Shown piece after piece: positions 1 through 9,700 of a stretch of 54,021 nt of DNA (position 1 is its first letter; each line of letters begins with the position of its first letter). The DNA is taken from the NCBI GenBank assembly GCA_043717975.1, contig JAYSWO010000411.1:1-54021 (forward strand). Direction: 5' to 3'. The DNA is from Ferruginibacter sp. (GTDB lineage: Bacteria; Bacteroidota; Bacteroidia; Chitinophagales; Chitinophagaceae). The notes beneath the pieces are model-generated. The model worked only from the letters and a program-made list of their open reading frames with translations. It ran no database searches and was not told the DNA's origin. The position numbers were made by a program, and so were the translations under genes.

Positions 1-44
1 AGGGCTTTTTAGCACCAATCAAAAGCAAGGCTCGTAAAGCATAA
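1..44 (+). CDS. Possible 3' end of a gene entering from the left edge (..GFLAPIKSKARKA*)
   Basis: Open frame from base 3 to TAA at 42-44; too short to identify. Confidence 0.35.
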   Translation, partial: GFLAPIKSKARKA

Positions 45-92
45 ACTCCCAGCTAAAGTTAGATATAGATTTTATGAAATCTCATATTGGAG

Positions 93-378
93 TTCGGGCT
101 ATTCGTTGTACCTCCGCTACGCTGCGGTGCCGCTTCTATCCTGCACGTGTCCCGATATTCTTGTCGGGAGCTTTTCATCCCTACATCTTTATTCATCTTT
201 TATTGTGCACTATATCCCATGGGTTGTACCCATGGTTAAGCAAAGTGAACCCCGTTGGGGTTCGTCATAACAATATTTTTTTGCTAACATCTGCTCTAAT
301 CTTTTAATACATCTTCTAGTCAATCTTCTAATCGGTCTTCGAGTTCTCCTCCCTCTGCGGGGGAGATATAGGGGGCTT
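93..378. repeat. Cluster of GC-rich REP-like palindromes
   Basis: Hairpins CCGC-N6-GCGG (114-127), TCCCGA-N8-TCGGGA (150-169), CCATGGGT-N3-ACCCATGG (217-235), GAACCCC-N3-GGGGTTC (247-263) and CTCCCTC-tgc-GGGGGAG plus a G-rich tail (349-376), all in AT-rich intergenic DNA. Confidence 0.7.
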
Positions 379-1032
379 TCAAAACAACGCCCCCTGCGCC
401 ACACCCACATCTAAATTTTCAAATGCAAACCTTGCTGCTATTTCGTATTTCATTTCGCCCACAGGTCTTTTTAACAACAACATAGCATCTGCAATAAAGC
501 GCCCAGTAAAATGTCGGTGACTATATTCCAACCAGCCTTTTTCGTATTGCCATGGTTGTAGTTTTCTTGCAATGGTAATGTATGGCTCTAGCATAAAATG
601 TGGCTTATGGTCATCATCAAACTTCATTAGCTTTTGCGCTTCTGTTCGTATTTGTTTTACCAAACTTTGTATGGGCACTTTGCTTACTACATTTATGTAG
701 ATGGTATGCGCAGGAAAACTTCCATAATCCCTCATTTCTATTTTTACAGGTTTAAAACCCATGGCTATAATGCGTAGCCTATTTATGATTCTACTTTCAG
801 CTATTTCGTACTGCCTAAAACTTACTAGCGTAATATGCGGTTTGCTAAACAACGCTACCGATGCTTTGTAGCTATCATAAAATTCTTTTTTTATGTTCAT
901 TATTTTGTTGCGCAAGTCTTCGTGCGGATTTAGCACCAATAAATACTCGTACGCTTTGTAGCCAGGCATCAGCGCCTCACCTTCGTTCCCTCTCCGCAAG
1001 AGAGGGAGGCCCAACATTTGTTTGTTTTTCAT
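379..1032 (-). CDS. 2H phosphoesterase / 2'-5' RNA ligase (LigT-like) family protein
   Basis: KPHITL first HxT motif; second motif reads EPYITI; C-terminus QGALF. Alternative start ATG at 969 (MPGY). Confidence 0.8.
   Translation of the reverse strand: MKNKQMLGLPLLRRGNEGEALMPGYKAYEYLLVLNPHEDLRNKIMNIKKEFYDSYKASVALFSKPHITLVSFRQYEIAESRIINRLRIIAMGFKPVKIEMRDYGSFPAHTIYINVVSKVPIQSLVKQIRTEAQKLMKFDDDHKPHFMLEPYITIARKLQPWQYEKGWLEYSHRHFTGRFIADAMLLLKRPVGEMKYEIAARFAFENLDVGVAQGALF
974..1011 (-). repeat. Palindromic repeat inside or just upstream of the 5' end of the 2H gene
   Basis: Perfect stem TCCCTCTC (987-994)/GAGAGGGA (1000-1007) with tail GGTGAGGC on the minus strand; resembles the element at 346-376. 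Confidence 0.65.
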
Positions 1033-1106
1033 CTTTCGTAATTTGACATTTCTACAATTGTTTATTTATTCAACAATAAAACAAGAGCAAAATATTTGAT
1101 ATAAAA

Positions 1107-1152
1107 TTTGCTTAGTAATTATTTTAGCATAAATTTACTAAATATTTTAGTA
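1107..1152 (+). promoter_or_regulatory. Bacteroidota-type promoter overlapped by two CTAA-N5-TTAG-like operators (candidate SOS boxes)
   Basis: TTTG (1107-1110), 19 bp spacer, TAAATTTA (1130-1137). GTAA-N5-TTAG at 1115-1127. Perfect palindrome TACTAAA-TAT-TTTAGTA at 1136-1152. Confidence 0.7.
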
Positions 1153-1168
1153 TTATAAAACTTTTTTT

Positions 1169-1600
1169 ATGGAAGTGGAAAACTTTTTTGGTAGCAGTTA
1201 TACAGGTAGTAAGCGTTATACACAACATAATGTGGCAACTGCTAATGCTTCAGGCTTTGGGGCTGCAGCAGATGATTATGCAGAGCGAGGTATAGACCTT
1301 AATGAGCAATTGATAAAAAACAAGCCAGCCACATTTTTTATGAAAGTGAGTGGCAGCAGTATGACAAACGCAGGTATTTTTAATGGTGATGTAGTAATAG
1401 TAGATAAAAGTATAAAAGCTAGCAACGGAAAAACGGTAATAGCTGTTGTAGATGGAGAGATGCTCATACGCCGCTACGAACAATCTTTTAATAAGTTATT
1501 TTTAGTGGCGGAATCGCCAAGGGTTGCAAAAATAGAGGTAAACGAAATGACCGATTTTAAAGTGTGGGGCGTGGTTACATGTATTTTGAGGATGTTGTAA
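1169..1600 (+). CDS. umuD: UmuD-like S24 peptidase family protein, no DNA-binding domain
   Basis: SGF..AADDY.E..IDLN..LI..P.ATFF..V.GSSM..AGI..GD..IVD..IAVVDGE..VWGVVT aligns with UmuD; catalytic Lys position is Arg. Confidence 0.85.
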   Translation: MEVENFFGSSYTGSKRYTQHNVATANASGFGAAADDYAERGIDLNEQLIKNKPATFFMKVSGSSMTNAGIFNGDVVIVDKSIKASNGKTVIAVVDGEMLIRRYEQSFNKLFLVAESPRVAKIEVNEMTDFKVWGVVTCILRML

Positions 1601-1812
1601 ATTTTTATTTGGGAAATGAATAACCAAGAAAGTTGCAAATTAATATGAGCGATGTAGTTTAAATTGGCCATTAAGAGGAAAGTACTAATAGAAATAATTT
1701 AGGAAATGTAATTATTTTATAAATGCCATAAAAAGTATTTTTATTATACTTTTTAGATATAATTGATTTTTTGTAACAGATTTCATTTTATCAATTATAC
1801 TTACATTTACGG

Positions 1813-3129
1813 ATGAAATATTTTTACGTTTTATTTTTGTGTTTGTCTATTTACTCATGTACACTCACAGGTCAAATAACCCAAAAACAAATAAACGTTT
1901 TTTTAAATGATACAGCCGTACGCAGCGGCCATGTAGGTATAAGCATATACGAACCAGCTACAAAAACATATTTATACAATTATAATGCAGAAAAAAATTT
2001 TTCACCAAGTAGCAATGTAAAATTATTTACACTGTATGCAGGTATGAAATATTTAGGGGATAGTTTGGTGGTTGCAAAAATATTTGAAAACAGTGATACA
2101 CTTTTTTTTCAACCGACAGGCGACCCTACTTTTTTGCATAAAGATTTTTTGAGTCAACCTTTATTTGATAAACTTTCTTCAACAAAAAAGAAGCTTGTAC
2201 TAGGATTATCTGATACGGATCATTTTGAAAAGTATGGAAGTGGCTGGGCTTGGGATGATTACTCTGAAGATTTTATGCCTGAACGAAATCGCTTTCCTAT
2301 TTATGGGAATGTTTTTACTTTTTTCAAGAAAGACAGTACAATTAACTCTATACCACCAAGACAAACCGTTTCAAAATATTTTGGAGAAATGAATAGAACA
2401 TACAATGGATATTTTAAAGTGTCTAAATCTCCATTTGAATTTGATTGGCAATTGCATTATATCAAATCTGATAAATTATTCGATTTTCAACAAATACCTT
2501 TTCCAACGAACAGACTATATCATGATCAAATATTATTACTAAGCGATAGTTTGAAAATAGATTCAAAAAAAATTGGATTGATTCCTATTTCAAATATTTC
2601 ATGGTATAAACTTCACTCCCAACCCACCGACTCCCTTTTTCGCCCCATGATGCACAACAGCGATAATTTTTTTGCAGAGCAAACTTTACTTATGGTAAGC
2701 AACGAAAAACTCGGCTATATGAGCGATGAAAAAATTATTGATACTTTACTCAAAACAGATTTTAAAGACCTGCCCACTAAACCTCGTTGGGTAGATGGCA
2801 GTGGGCTTAGTCGTTACAATTTATTTTCACCAAAAGACTTTGTTTTTGTATTAGAAAAACTAAAAAACGAGTTTGGTATAGAAAGAATGAAACGAATTTT
2901 AACCACTGGTGGGCAAGGTACACTGAAAGCCTATTATGATAAAAGTGTAGGTTTTATTTATGCTAAAACAGGCTCCATGAGCAATAACGTATCTCTTAGC
3001 GGATATTTATATACTAAAAAGAATAAAATGCTTATCTTTTCGGTTCAAATCAACGGATTTAGCGGCTCAGGCAGATCGGGGAGACGTGCTGTAGAAAAAA
3101 TGCTACAACAAATAAGAGAAAACAATTGA
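1813..3129 (+). CDS. dacB: D-alanyl-D-alanine carboxypeptidase/endopeptidase (peptidase S13, PBP4)
   Basis: SxxK (SNVK), SxN (SDN), KTG, DGSGLSRYN and GWAWDD motifs; N-terminal signal peptide. Confidence 0.9.
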   Translation: MKYFYVLFLCLSIYSCTLTGQITQKQINVFLNDTAVRSGHVGISIYEPATKTYLYNYNAEKNFSPSSNVKLFTLYAGMKYLGDSLVVAKIFENSDTLFFQPTGDPTFLHKDFLSQPLFDKLSSTKKKLVLGLSDTDHFEKYGSGWAWDDYSEDFMPERNRFPIYGNVFTFFKKDSTINSIPPRQTVSKYFGEMNRTYNGYFKVSKSPFEFDWQLHYIKSDKLFDFQQIPFPTNRLYHDQILLLSDSLKIDSKKIGLIPISNISWYKLHSQPTDSLFRPMMHNSDNFFAEQTLLMVSNEKLGYMSDEKIIDTLLKTDFKDLPTKPRWVDGSGLSRYNLFSPKDFVFVLEKLKNEFGIERMKRILTTGGQGTLKAYYDKSVGFIYAKTGSMSNNVSLSGYLYTKKNKMLIFSVQINGFSGSGRSGRRAVEKMLQQIRENN

Positions 3130-3205
3130 TGATTATCAGGCAACGTTTGTTATTTTGCTAGCATCTAATATCTACATCCAGTTACCAAAATAAAAATACG
3201 CATAT

Positions 3206-5953
3206 ATGAAAAAGATTTACTCATTAATTATTGTTTTATTTGCATTGGTTTCTTTGCAAACAAAGGCACAAAACATTTGCAATCCTAGCTTTACAAAACA
3301 ATACTTAAACTCATTTACTGTAAAGTTTAATCCTCAAATTATCGACTCACCTCTAGTGCAACATTACTGGGTTTTTGGTGATGGTTCTACGCCAAGTGTG
3401 TTAAACTCGCCAATACATCAATATGCTACTGGGGTTTATATTGTAAAGCATTTCTTGATAAGACAAAATCCTAATAATGTTACCGTTTGTATGGATTCAT
3501 CTTTTCAAACAATAATTATACAACAAGGCACTTGTAATTTAGTAGCATCTTATTTTTCTACTGCTACAGCATCGAGCCCACTTACGCATCAATATTTTAA
3601 TACTTCAGCAAATTTTGCATCGGGTGATTCTATTCGATGGACATTTGGTGATGGCACTAGTTCTACCGATTTAAATCCTATACATACTTTTGCAAATTAT
3701 GGCGTGTATAATGTATGCCTAAGGGTAAAAAAAGTAACGCTTGCTACTATACCACCTTGTATAAGTGAAATTTGTCGATTAGATACCGTGGCTCCGCCTG
3801 CTTGTAACCTTCAAGCATTTTTTACAAACAGTGCAGATGTTATACCCGCACCTGCAACCATACAATTTACCAATCAAACAGTCAACTTTAATAATACAGA
3901 TTCTATCACATGGAATTTTGGCGATGGCACTCCTAATTCTTATGCCTTAAATCCATCTCATATTTACACAACACCTGATATTTATACTGTTTGTATTAGA
4001 GTAAAAAGAAATACAACGCTGACTGGTACCCCGCCTTGTATTAGAGAGTTTTGTAAGCAAATTACCATTACCGGCCCTCCTGCATGTAATTTAGCAGCAA
4101 ACTTCACTTGGTATAGAGATAGCTTAGCAACCATTCTTAACAGTTATCATTTTACAAATACAACCATTCCACTTGCCGCTTCAGATTCTATTCGTTGGAC
4201 ATTTGGTGATGGCACTTCATCTAACCAAGTAAACCCTATACATGCATATGCAAATGCAGGTACATACAATGTTTGTTTACGTGTTATAAAAAGAAATCCT
4301 AATAGCGTATTGTCTAATTGCATCAGTGAAAAATGTTACACAATTGTTGTAACACCTATAATCACTTGCAATATTCAATCCTATTTTACCCACTTTGTAG
4401 ATTCTGCACAATCTAATATTATACATTTTAACAATCAAACTGTAGGATTTGCTTCTAGTGATTCTATTACTTGGGTATTTGGTGATGGTACAACATCTAA
4501 CCAAATAAATCCATCTCATACTTATGCTTCAGCCGGTACCTATACGGTTTGTTTAAGAATAAGAAAAAATAATACACCCGCTAGCTCTTCACCATGTATA
4601 AGTGTATATTGTAAAGTAGTAGTAATTACGTTGCCATGTAACCTTATAGCAAACTTTACTTGGTATAGAGATACTACTGCTGTTGCTTTAAACACATATC
4701 ATTTTACAAATACTTCCGCACCACTTGCAGCTAATGATTCTATTCGTTGGACATTTGGGGATGGTACAACATCTAACCAAATAAATCCTGTACATGTATA
4801 TACCCAATCAGGCACTTATACAGTTTGTTTAAGAATTATTAAAAGAAATCCTGCAGGTGCACTTACCAATTGTGTAAAAGAAAAATGCTATACGATTTTC
4901 GTACCCCAATCATGTAATATAGTAGCTAACTATACTTGGTATGCAGATTCTAGCAATTACAAAAAAATTATTTTCACAAATACAACCTTAGCGCCATCTG
5001 CTAGCACATTGGTTGTATGGTCGTTTGGTGATGGTACATCAGCTAATACTTGGAATGCTACCCATCTTTATGCACAAGCTGGTACATATAATGTTTGTTT
5101 GCGTATCCAATATGGTAATTGCATAAATTATAAATGTATAACCATTACAATTGTAGCGCCCCCTCCAACGCCTACATGCAACCAATTATCTAATTATCAG
5201 TTTACAACATCTAACAATGTAGTTGCATTTTCTCCAACATTCTCCACAGCAGGTGTACAATATACTTGGACCTTTGGTGATGGTACAGGAGCACAAACGG
5301 CTAATGCAACGCATGTATATACAACGCCAGGTTATTACACAGCATGTTTAACAGCATTTAAAAACGGCAATTGCGCTTCTACTACATGTAAATCTATTTA
5401 CATAGCGCCTAATTGCAATAATATAACACTAAGCATTACCGATGTAAGAGATTCACTTATACCAAATAGAATTAAGTTTACCGCATTGTCTAATACAGCA
5501 ACTACAAGCCAACAATGGACTATAAAAAAAATACCTAGTACTGCTACAAGTGGCACAATAACTATTAATACGAATAACCCTACCTATATGTTTTTAGACT
5601 CGGGTTATTACAATGTGTGTGTGAAGGCAACATATGCTAATGGTTGTATTAAAACAATTTGCAAAACCATTTATATTGCCCAAAACTTGCCAGGTACCAA
5701 TGTATGCTCCTTGCAAGCGTATCCAAATCCTGCATCTACGGTTATAAATGCCATAGTAACTTTAACCCAACCACAATTAATTAACGCTACTATTTACAAT
5801 ACACTAAATGCTGTTGTGGCACAAACTCAACAACAAGGTGTTGTTGGCTTAAATACAATAAGTATAAATATTGCATCATTGCCAGCAGGTATTTACACAA
5901 TAAGGGTATTATATGGTGGGCAAGTTTGTACTGCTACATTTATAAAGCAGTAA
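3206..5953 (+). CDS. Secreted multi-PKD-domain protein with T9SS type A C-terminal sorting domain
   Basis: Signal peptide; eight WxFGDG..HxY..GxYxVCL repeats plus a degenerate ninth; C-terminal AYPNPA...LPAGIY..FIK. Confidence 0.9.
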   Translation: MKKIYSLIIVLFALVSLQTKAQNICNPSFTKQYLNSFTVKFNPQIIDSPLVQHYWVFGDGSTPSVLNSPIHQYATGVYIVKHFLIRQNPNNVTVCMDSSFQTIIIQQGTCNLVASYFSTATASSPLTHQYFNTSANFASGDSIRWTFGDGTSSTDLNPIHTFANYGVYNVCLRVKKVTLATIPPCISEICRLDTVAPPACNLQAFFTNSADVIPAPATIQFTNQTVNFNNTDSITWNFGDGTPNSYALNPSHIYTTPDIYTVCIRVKRNTTLTGTPPCIREFCKQITITGPPACNLAANFTWYRDSLATILNSYHFTNTTIPLAASDSIRWTFGDGTSSNQVNPIHAYANAGTYNVCLRVIKRNPNSVLSNCISEKCYTIVVTPIITCNIQSYFTHFVDSAQSNIIHFNNQTVGFASSDSITWVFGDGTTSNQINPSHTYASAGTYTVCLRIRKNNTPASSSPCISVYCKVVVITLPCNLIANFTWYRDTTAVALNTYHFTNTSAPLAANDSIRWTFGDGTTSNQINPVHVYTQSGTYTVCLRIIKRNPAGALTNCVKEKCYTIFVPQSCNIVANYTWYADSSNYKKIIFTNTTLAPSASTLVVWSFGDGTSANTWNATHLYAQAGTYNVCLRIQYGNCINYKCITITIVAPPPTPTCNQLSNYQFTTSNNVVAFSPTFSTAGVQYTWTFGDGTGAQTANATHVYTTPGYYTACLTAFKNGNCASTTCKSIYIAPNCNNITLSITDVRDSLIPNRIKFTALSNTATTSQQWTIKKIPSTATSGTITINTNNPTYMFLDSGYYNVCVKATYANGCIKTICKTIYIAQNLPGTNVCSLQAYPNPASTVINAIVTLTQPQLINATIYNTLNAVVAQTQQQGVVGLNTISINIASLPAGIYTIRVLYGGQVCTATFIKQ

Positions 5954-5967
5954 AATGATTATATGAG

Positions 5968-6002
5968 AAAAAAGGTTGTCAAAATTTTGGCAACCTTTTT
6001 TT
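5968..6002 (+). terminator. Intrinsic terminator
   Basis: AAAAAAGGTTGTCAAAATTTTGGCAACCTTTTTTT hairpin with U-tract after the PKD gene. Confidence 0.8.
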
Positions 6003-6105
6003 ATTGGAGTTAACCCTTGTATATACAATTTAAACGAATAATATTTTTTACTATATAGAATCTGCGAATATTTTTGAAACGTAATTGCTGATAAATATTT
6101 TTTTT

Positions 6106-6726
6106 ATGATGGATATTGTTAAGATAAATGGGATAAATTATACCCTCAGTGACGTTGAAAAAGATTGTTGGATAAGATTATTAAATGGAGCTTTAAAAGG
6201 TAGAGATCCATTACATACCCCAACTGTGGCAAACATAAATGACCATGGTATAAACATGCGCACTGTAGTGTTACGCAAGGTTGATACAAAAGAAAAAACA
6301 TTGGCTTTTCATACCGATATACGTAGTGGAAAATGGAAAGAACTACGAGAGAATGATAATATAAGTTGGCTATTTTATGATACAGCTAGTCGTTATCAAA
6401 TAAGGCTTGGTGGAAAAGCTAGCATACATTATGATGATGCTATAGCTGAAGATGCTTGGCTAAAAAGTACAGCCAATAGTAGGAAAATTTATTTGGGTGA
6501 TATAGCACCATCCCAAAAATCGGAAACTCCTATCAGCGGCTTACCTTTAGCATATGAAACCAAAGACCCAACTATAGAACAAAGTGAAGTAGGAAGAAAA
6601 AACTTTGGACTAGTTATTACAAAAGTATGTTGGATGGAGTGGCTGTGGCTCAACAGCGGGGGGCATCGTAGAGCTGCTTTTACTTACAATAAAAATAGTG
6701 TAGAGGCTAATTGGCTTGTACCATAA
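6106..6726 (+). CDS. Pyridoxamine 5'-phosphate oxidase-like FMN-binding protein
   Basis: RTVVLR, FHTDxRSxK, QIRLxG and H.RA.F....W..P motifs; ATG at 6106 preferred over TTG at 6085. Confidence 0.85.
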   Translation: MMDIVKINGINYTLSDVEKDCWIRLLNGALKGRDPLHTPTVANINDHGINMRTVVLRKVDTKEKTLAFHTDIRSGKWKELRENDNISWLFYDTASRYQIRLGGKASIHYDDAIAEDAWLKSTANSRKIYLGDIAPSQKSETPISGLPLAYETKDPTIEQSEVGRKNFGLVITKVCWMEWLWLNSGGHRRAAFTYNKNSVEANWLVP

Positions 6727-6750
6727 AAACTTTTGTAATAATTATGCCAA

Positions 6751-6778
6751 AAAAGGCTGTCAAGTAAGACAGCCTTTT
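6751..6778. terminator. Bidirectional intrinsic terminator
   Basis: AAAAGGCTGTC-N6-GACAGCCTTTT between convergent genes. Confidence 0.8.
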
Positions 6779-6795
6779 CACAGTTATAAAAATAA

Positions 6796-9700
6796 TTATA
6801 CTTTTTTGGGACTCGTATTTTTCAATGTACCATTCCACACTTTCTTACCTTGTATTCTTCTTACCAAATACATAAGCCCTACAAAGATGAAAAAGAATGG
6901 CCCTGCAAAACCAAGAATACCAATCCACCTACCGCCATAAAATTGTTCCATAGGGCGTTTCAATCTTTCTGCAATAATGTACATACTTGGTACCATTATT
7001 AGTGTGAGGAAAAATGCAAATATTAATCCAAAAATAATGGTCCAACTGAGCGGCCCCCAAAAAACAACACTATCACCACCAAAGAAAATATGTGGGTTTA
7101 AATGTTGGAAGAAGCTAACAAAATTAATATTGAAACCTACTGCCAAAGGCAACAAACCAAGCATGGTAGCCAAAGCCGTAAGTAATACCGGTATGATACG
7201 AATTTTACCCCCTTGTATGGCAGCCTCACGCATGCGCATGCCACGCCCACGCAACTCATCAGTAAATTCTATCAACAATATACCATTCTTTATTACAATA
7301 CCTGCTAGGCCAATAATACCCACCCCTAGCATAATGGTAGCAATGGTCATACCGGTGAATGCATAGCCTAATAACACACCAATAACAGAGAAAAATATTT
7401 CTGTTAATACAATAAAAGGTTTGCTCAATGCATTAAATTGTAATACCAATATTAAGAAAATTAATGCCAATGCACCAAGCAAAGCACCTAATAAAAATTT
7501 AGACGTATCTGCTTCTTGCTCGCTTTGTCCTGACTGCCTGATGGTAATTGATGCAGGTATTTTAGTGATGTTTTTAAAATCGGCAATTTTATCAGCTAAC
7601 TCGGCATTTACGCCTTGTACCATCGATTGATCTAACACATTGGATTGAAGTTGTATAGTACGTTTTACATTTTTACGTGCAATGGCGCCTGATGTATTTG
7701 TATAATCAATGGTGGCCACTGCACCCACAGGTATTGATTTTATACCCATGGTATTCATATCCATAAAAGTGATACGCAGGTTCATCAAATCGGTAATGTT
7801 GTTTCTCAGCAAATCAGCTGTTCTTAATTGAATTTTATATTCGTCTTCTCCATCTTTTAATTTGCTTACTTCTTTTCCAAATACCGCTGTACGAAGTTCC
7901 ATACCTATTTGCCCAGTACTCAAACCTTGCGCCATGGCTTTTTCACGGTCAATGTTTACCGTTATTTCAGGGCTATTCAAATCTACATCGGTATGCAAAT
8001 TTTCTATTCCTTTTATTTGGTTTGTATCTAAATAATTAGATAAGTTCGTAGCCACTTTTGCAATTTCATCATACTCGTCTCCTACTATTTCTATGTTTAC
8101 GGGCGGGTCTGTTGGTGGCCCCCCATCTTCTTGCCCTACTTCTATACTTGCGCCAGGTATACCTTTCATGGCAAGACGTATATCATCTAAAAATGGTTTT
8201 GTTTTCTTGCCATCTCTTTTTTCGAACTCTACAAACGATACTTGTATGCGCCCAAGGTTTGGTTGTACACTTCTATTATTGTCTCTTGGGTTATTGGCAC
8301 TATTGGCTACGTTTGCAATTACACTTTCTACTATACCACCAGGTTGTGTAGGCAATTCTTTAGCCAATACCTTTTGCACCCTTGTTTCTAACACACGTAG
8401 TACACTATCTGTTTTTTTAATAGAAGTACCCACTGGTAATTTTAAATACACATAAATAAAATTAGGATCACCACTTGGGAAAAAAGTACTTTTATTTCCC
8501 CTTGCCATTAATAGTGCTACTGATATTGGAAATAGCAAAAACAAACTTACCAACAACCATGCAGGCCTTGTGCCTTGCAATACCCATCGCAATAACTTTT
8601 CGTATCTGCGCATTAAGCCAGGTAAAATTCTATTTTGAAAAGTATGTATGATATTTCTAAACACATACCTGTTTAACACTACAAGCATGGCCATAAACAA
8701 TAAAAAATTACCATACCCATGAAGAGAATATTTCTTATCTACAATTTCAGTAAACAATCTTGTACCTTCTAAATACATATTGCCACTACCAATAACAAAG
8801 GCCATTACATTAAATATAACGCCCATTATTATTGCCGCCCAAAACCACCATTTTTTAAATATCAATGATTTTTTTTCTTCATATTCTTTACCCTCTGGCT
8901 TCATAAACGACACCGCAAATACTGGGTTAAAAATAAAGGCTACAATAAGCGATGCCGCCAATGTGAGTATAAGCATGGTAGGCAGATAAATCATAAACTT
9001 ACCAATAATGCCCTTCCAAAATAATAATGGGAAAAATGGTGCTAGCGTAGTGGCCGTTCCTGCTAGCACAGGAATAAATATTTCTCCTGCTGCTTCTTTG
9101 GCACTTCGTACAATATTTACTTTTCCGTTATTATAAATTCTGTGTGTATTTTCTATCACCACAATAGCATCGTCCACAATAATACCTAGCCCAAAGAGCA
9201 ATGCAAACAATACAATAAAATTAAGGGTGATGGGTGTGCCGATTATTAAATTACCCAATGGTAAAAACATAAAGGCCACAAAAATACTTAGTGGTACACT
9301 TAGTGCTACAAAGAATGCATTGGTAACACCCATAAAAAACATAAGCACGAGCAATACCAATATAAAACCAATAATGATGGTATTTACCAAATCATTAAAA
9401 GAAGTGGCGGTCGTTTTGCTTTGATCTCCTGTGATTACAACATTCAAATTTTTAGGAAGCTCTTCTGCATCCTTCATTTGTTTTACAATGTCTTTTACTT
9501 TACCTGCTGCTATAATTAAGTTTTCGCCTGAGCGTTTTACAATATTTAAGGTTACCACATTTTTACCATCTAAGCGAGCATAACTTTCTTTTTGTTTGAT
9601 GGTATCTTTTAGCTCTGCAATATCTCTTAAGTACAAAGATGCTCCACGAGAGCTACTTCTTACAATAATATTTTGCAAATCCAATGCAGAAGTAAATTGT

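Noticed and set aside
74-410. Short ORFs 74-307 (+) and 210-410 (-)
   Set aside because: They are translations of palindromic repeats with no protein-like motifs.
1169-1600. Calling the S24 protein LexA
   Set aside because: It has no N-terminal DNA-binding domain; length and motifs match UmuD.
3600-5300. Recurring TTTGG(T/C/G)GATGG(C/T)AC as a CRISPR-like or DGR repeat
   Set aside because: It encodes FGDGT in PKD repeats at roughly 250-290 bp spacing with synonymous variation; no cas or reverse transcriptase gene is present.
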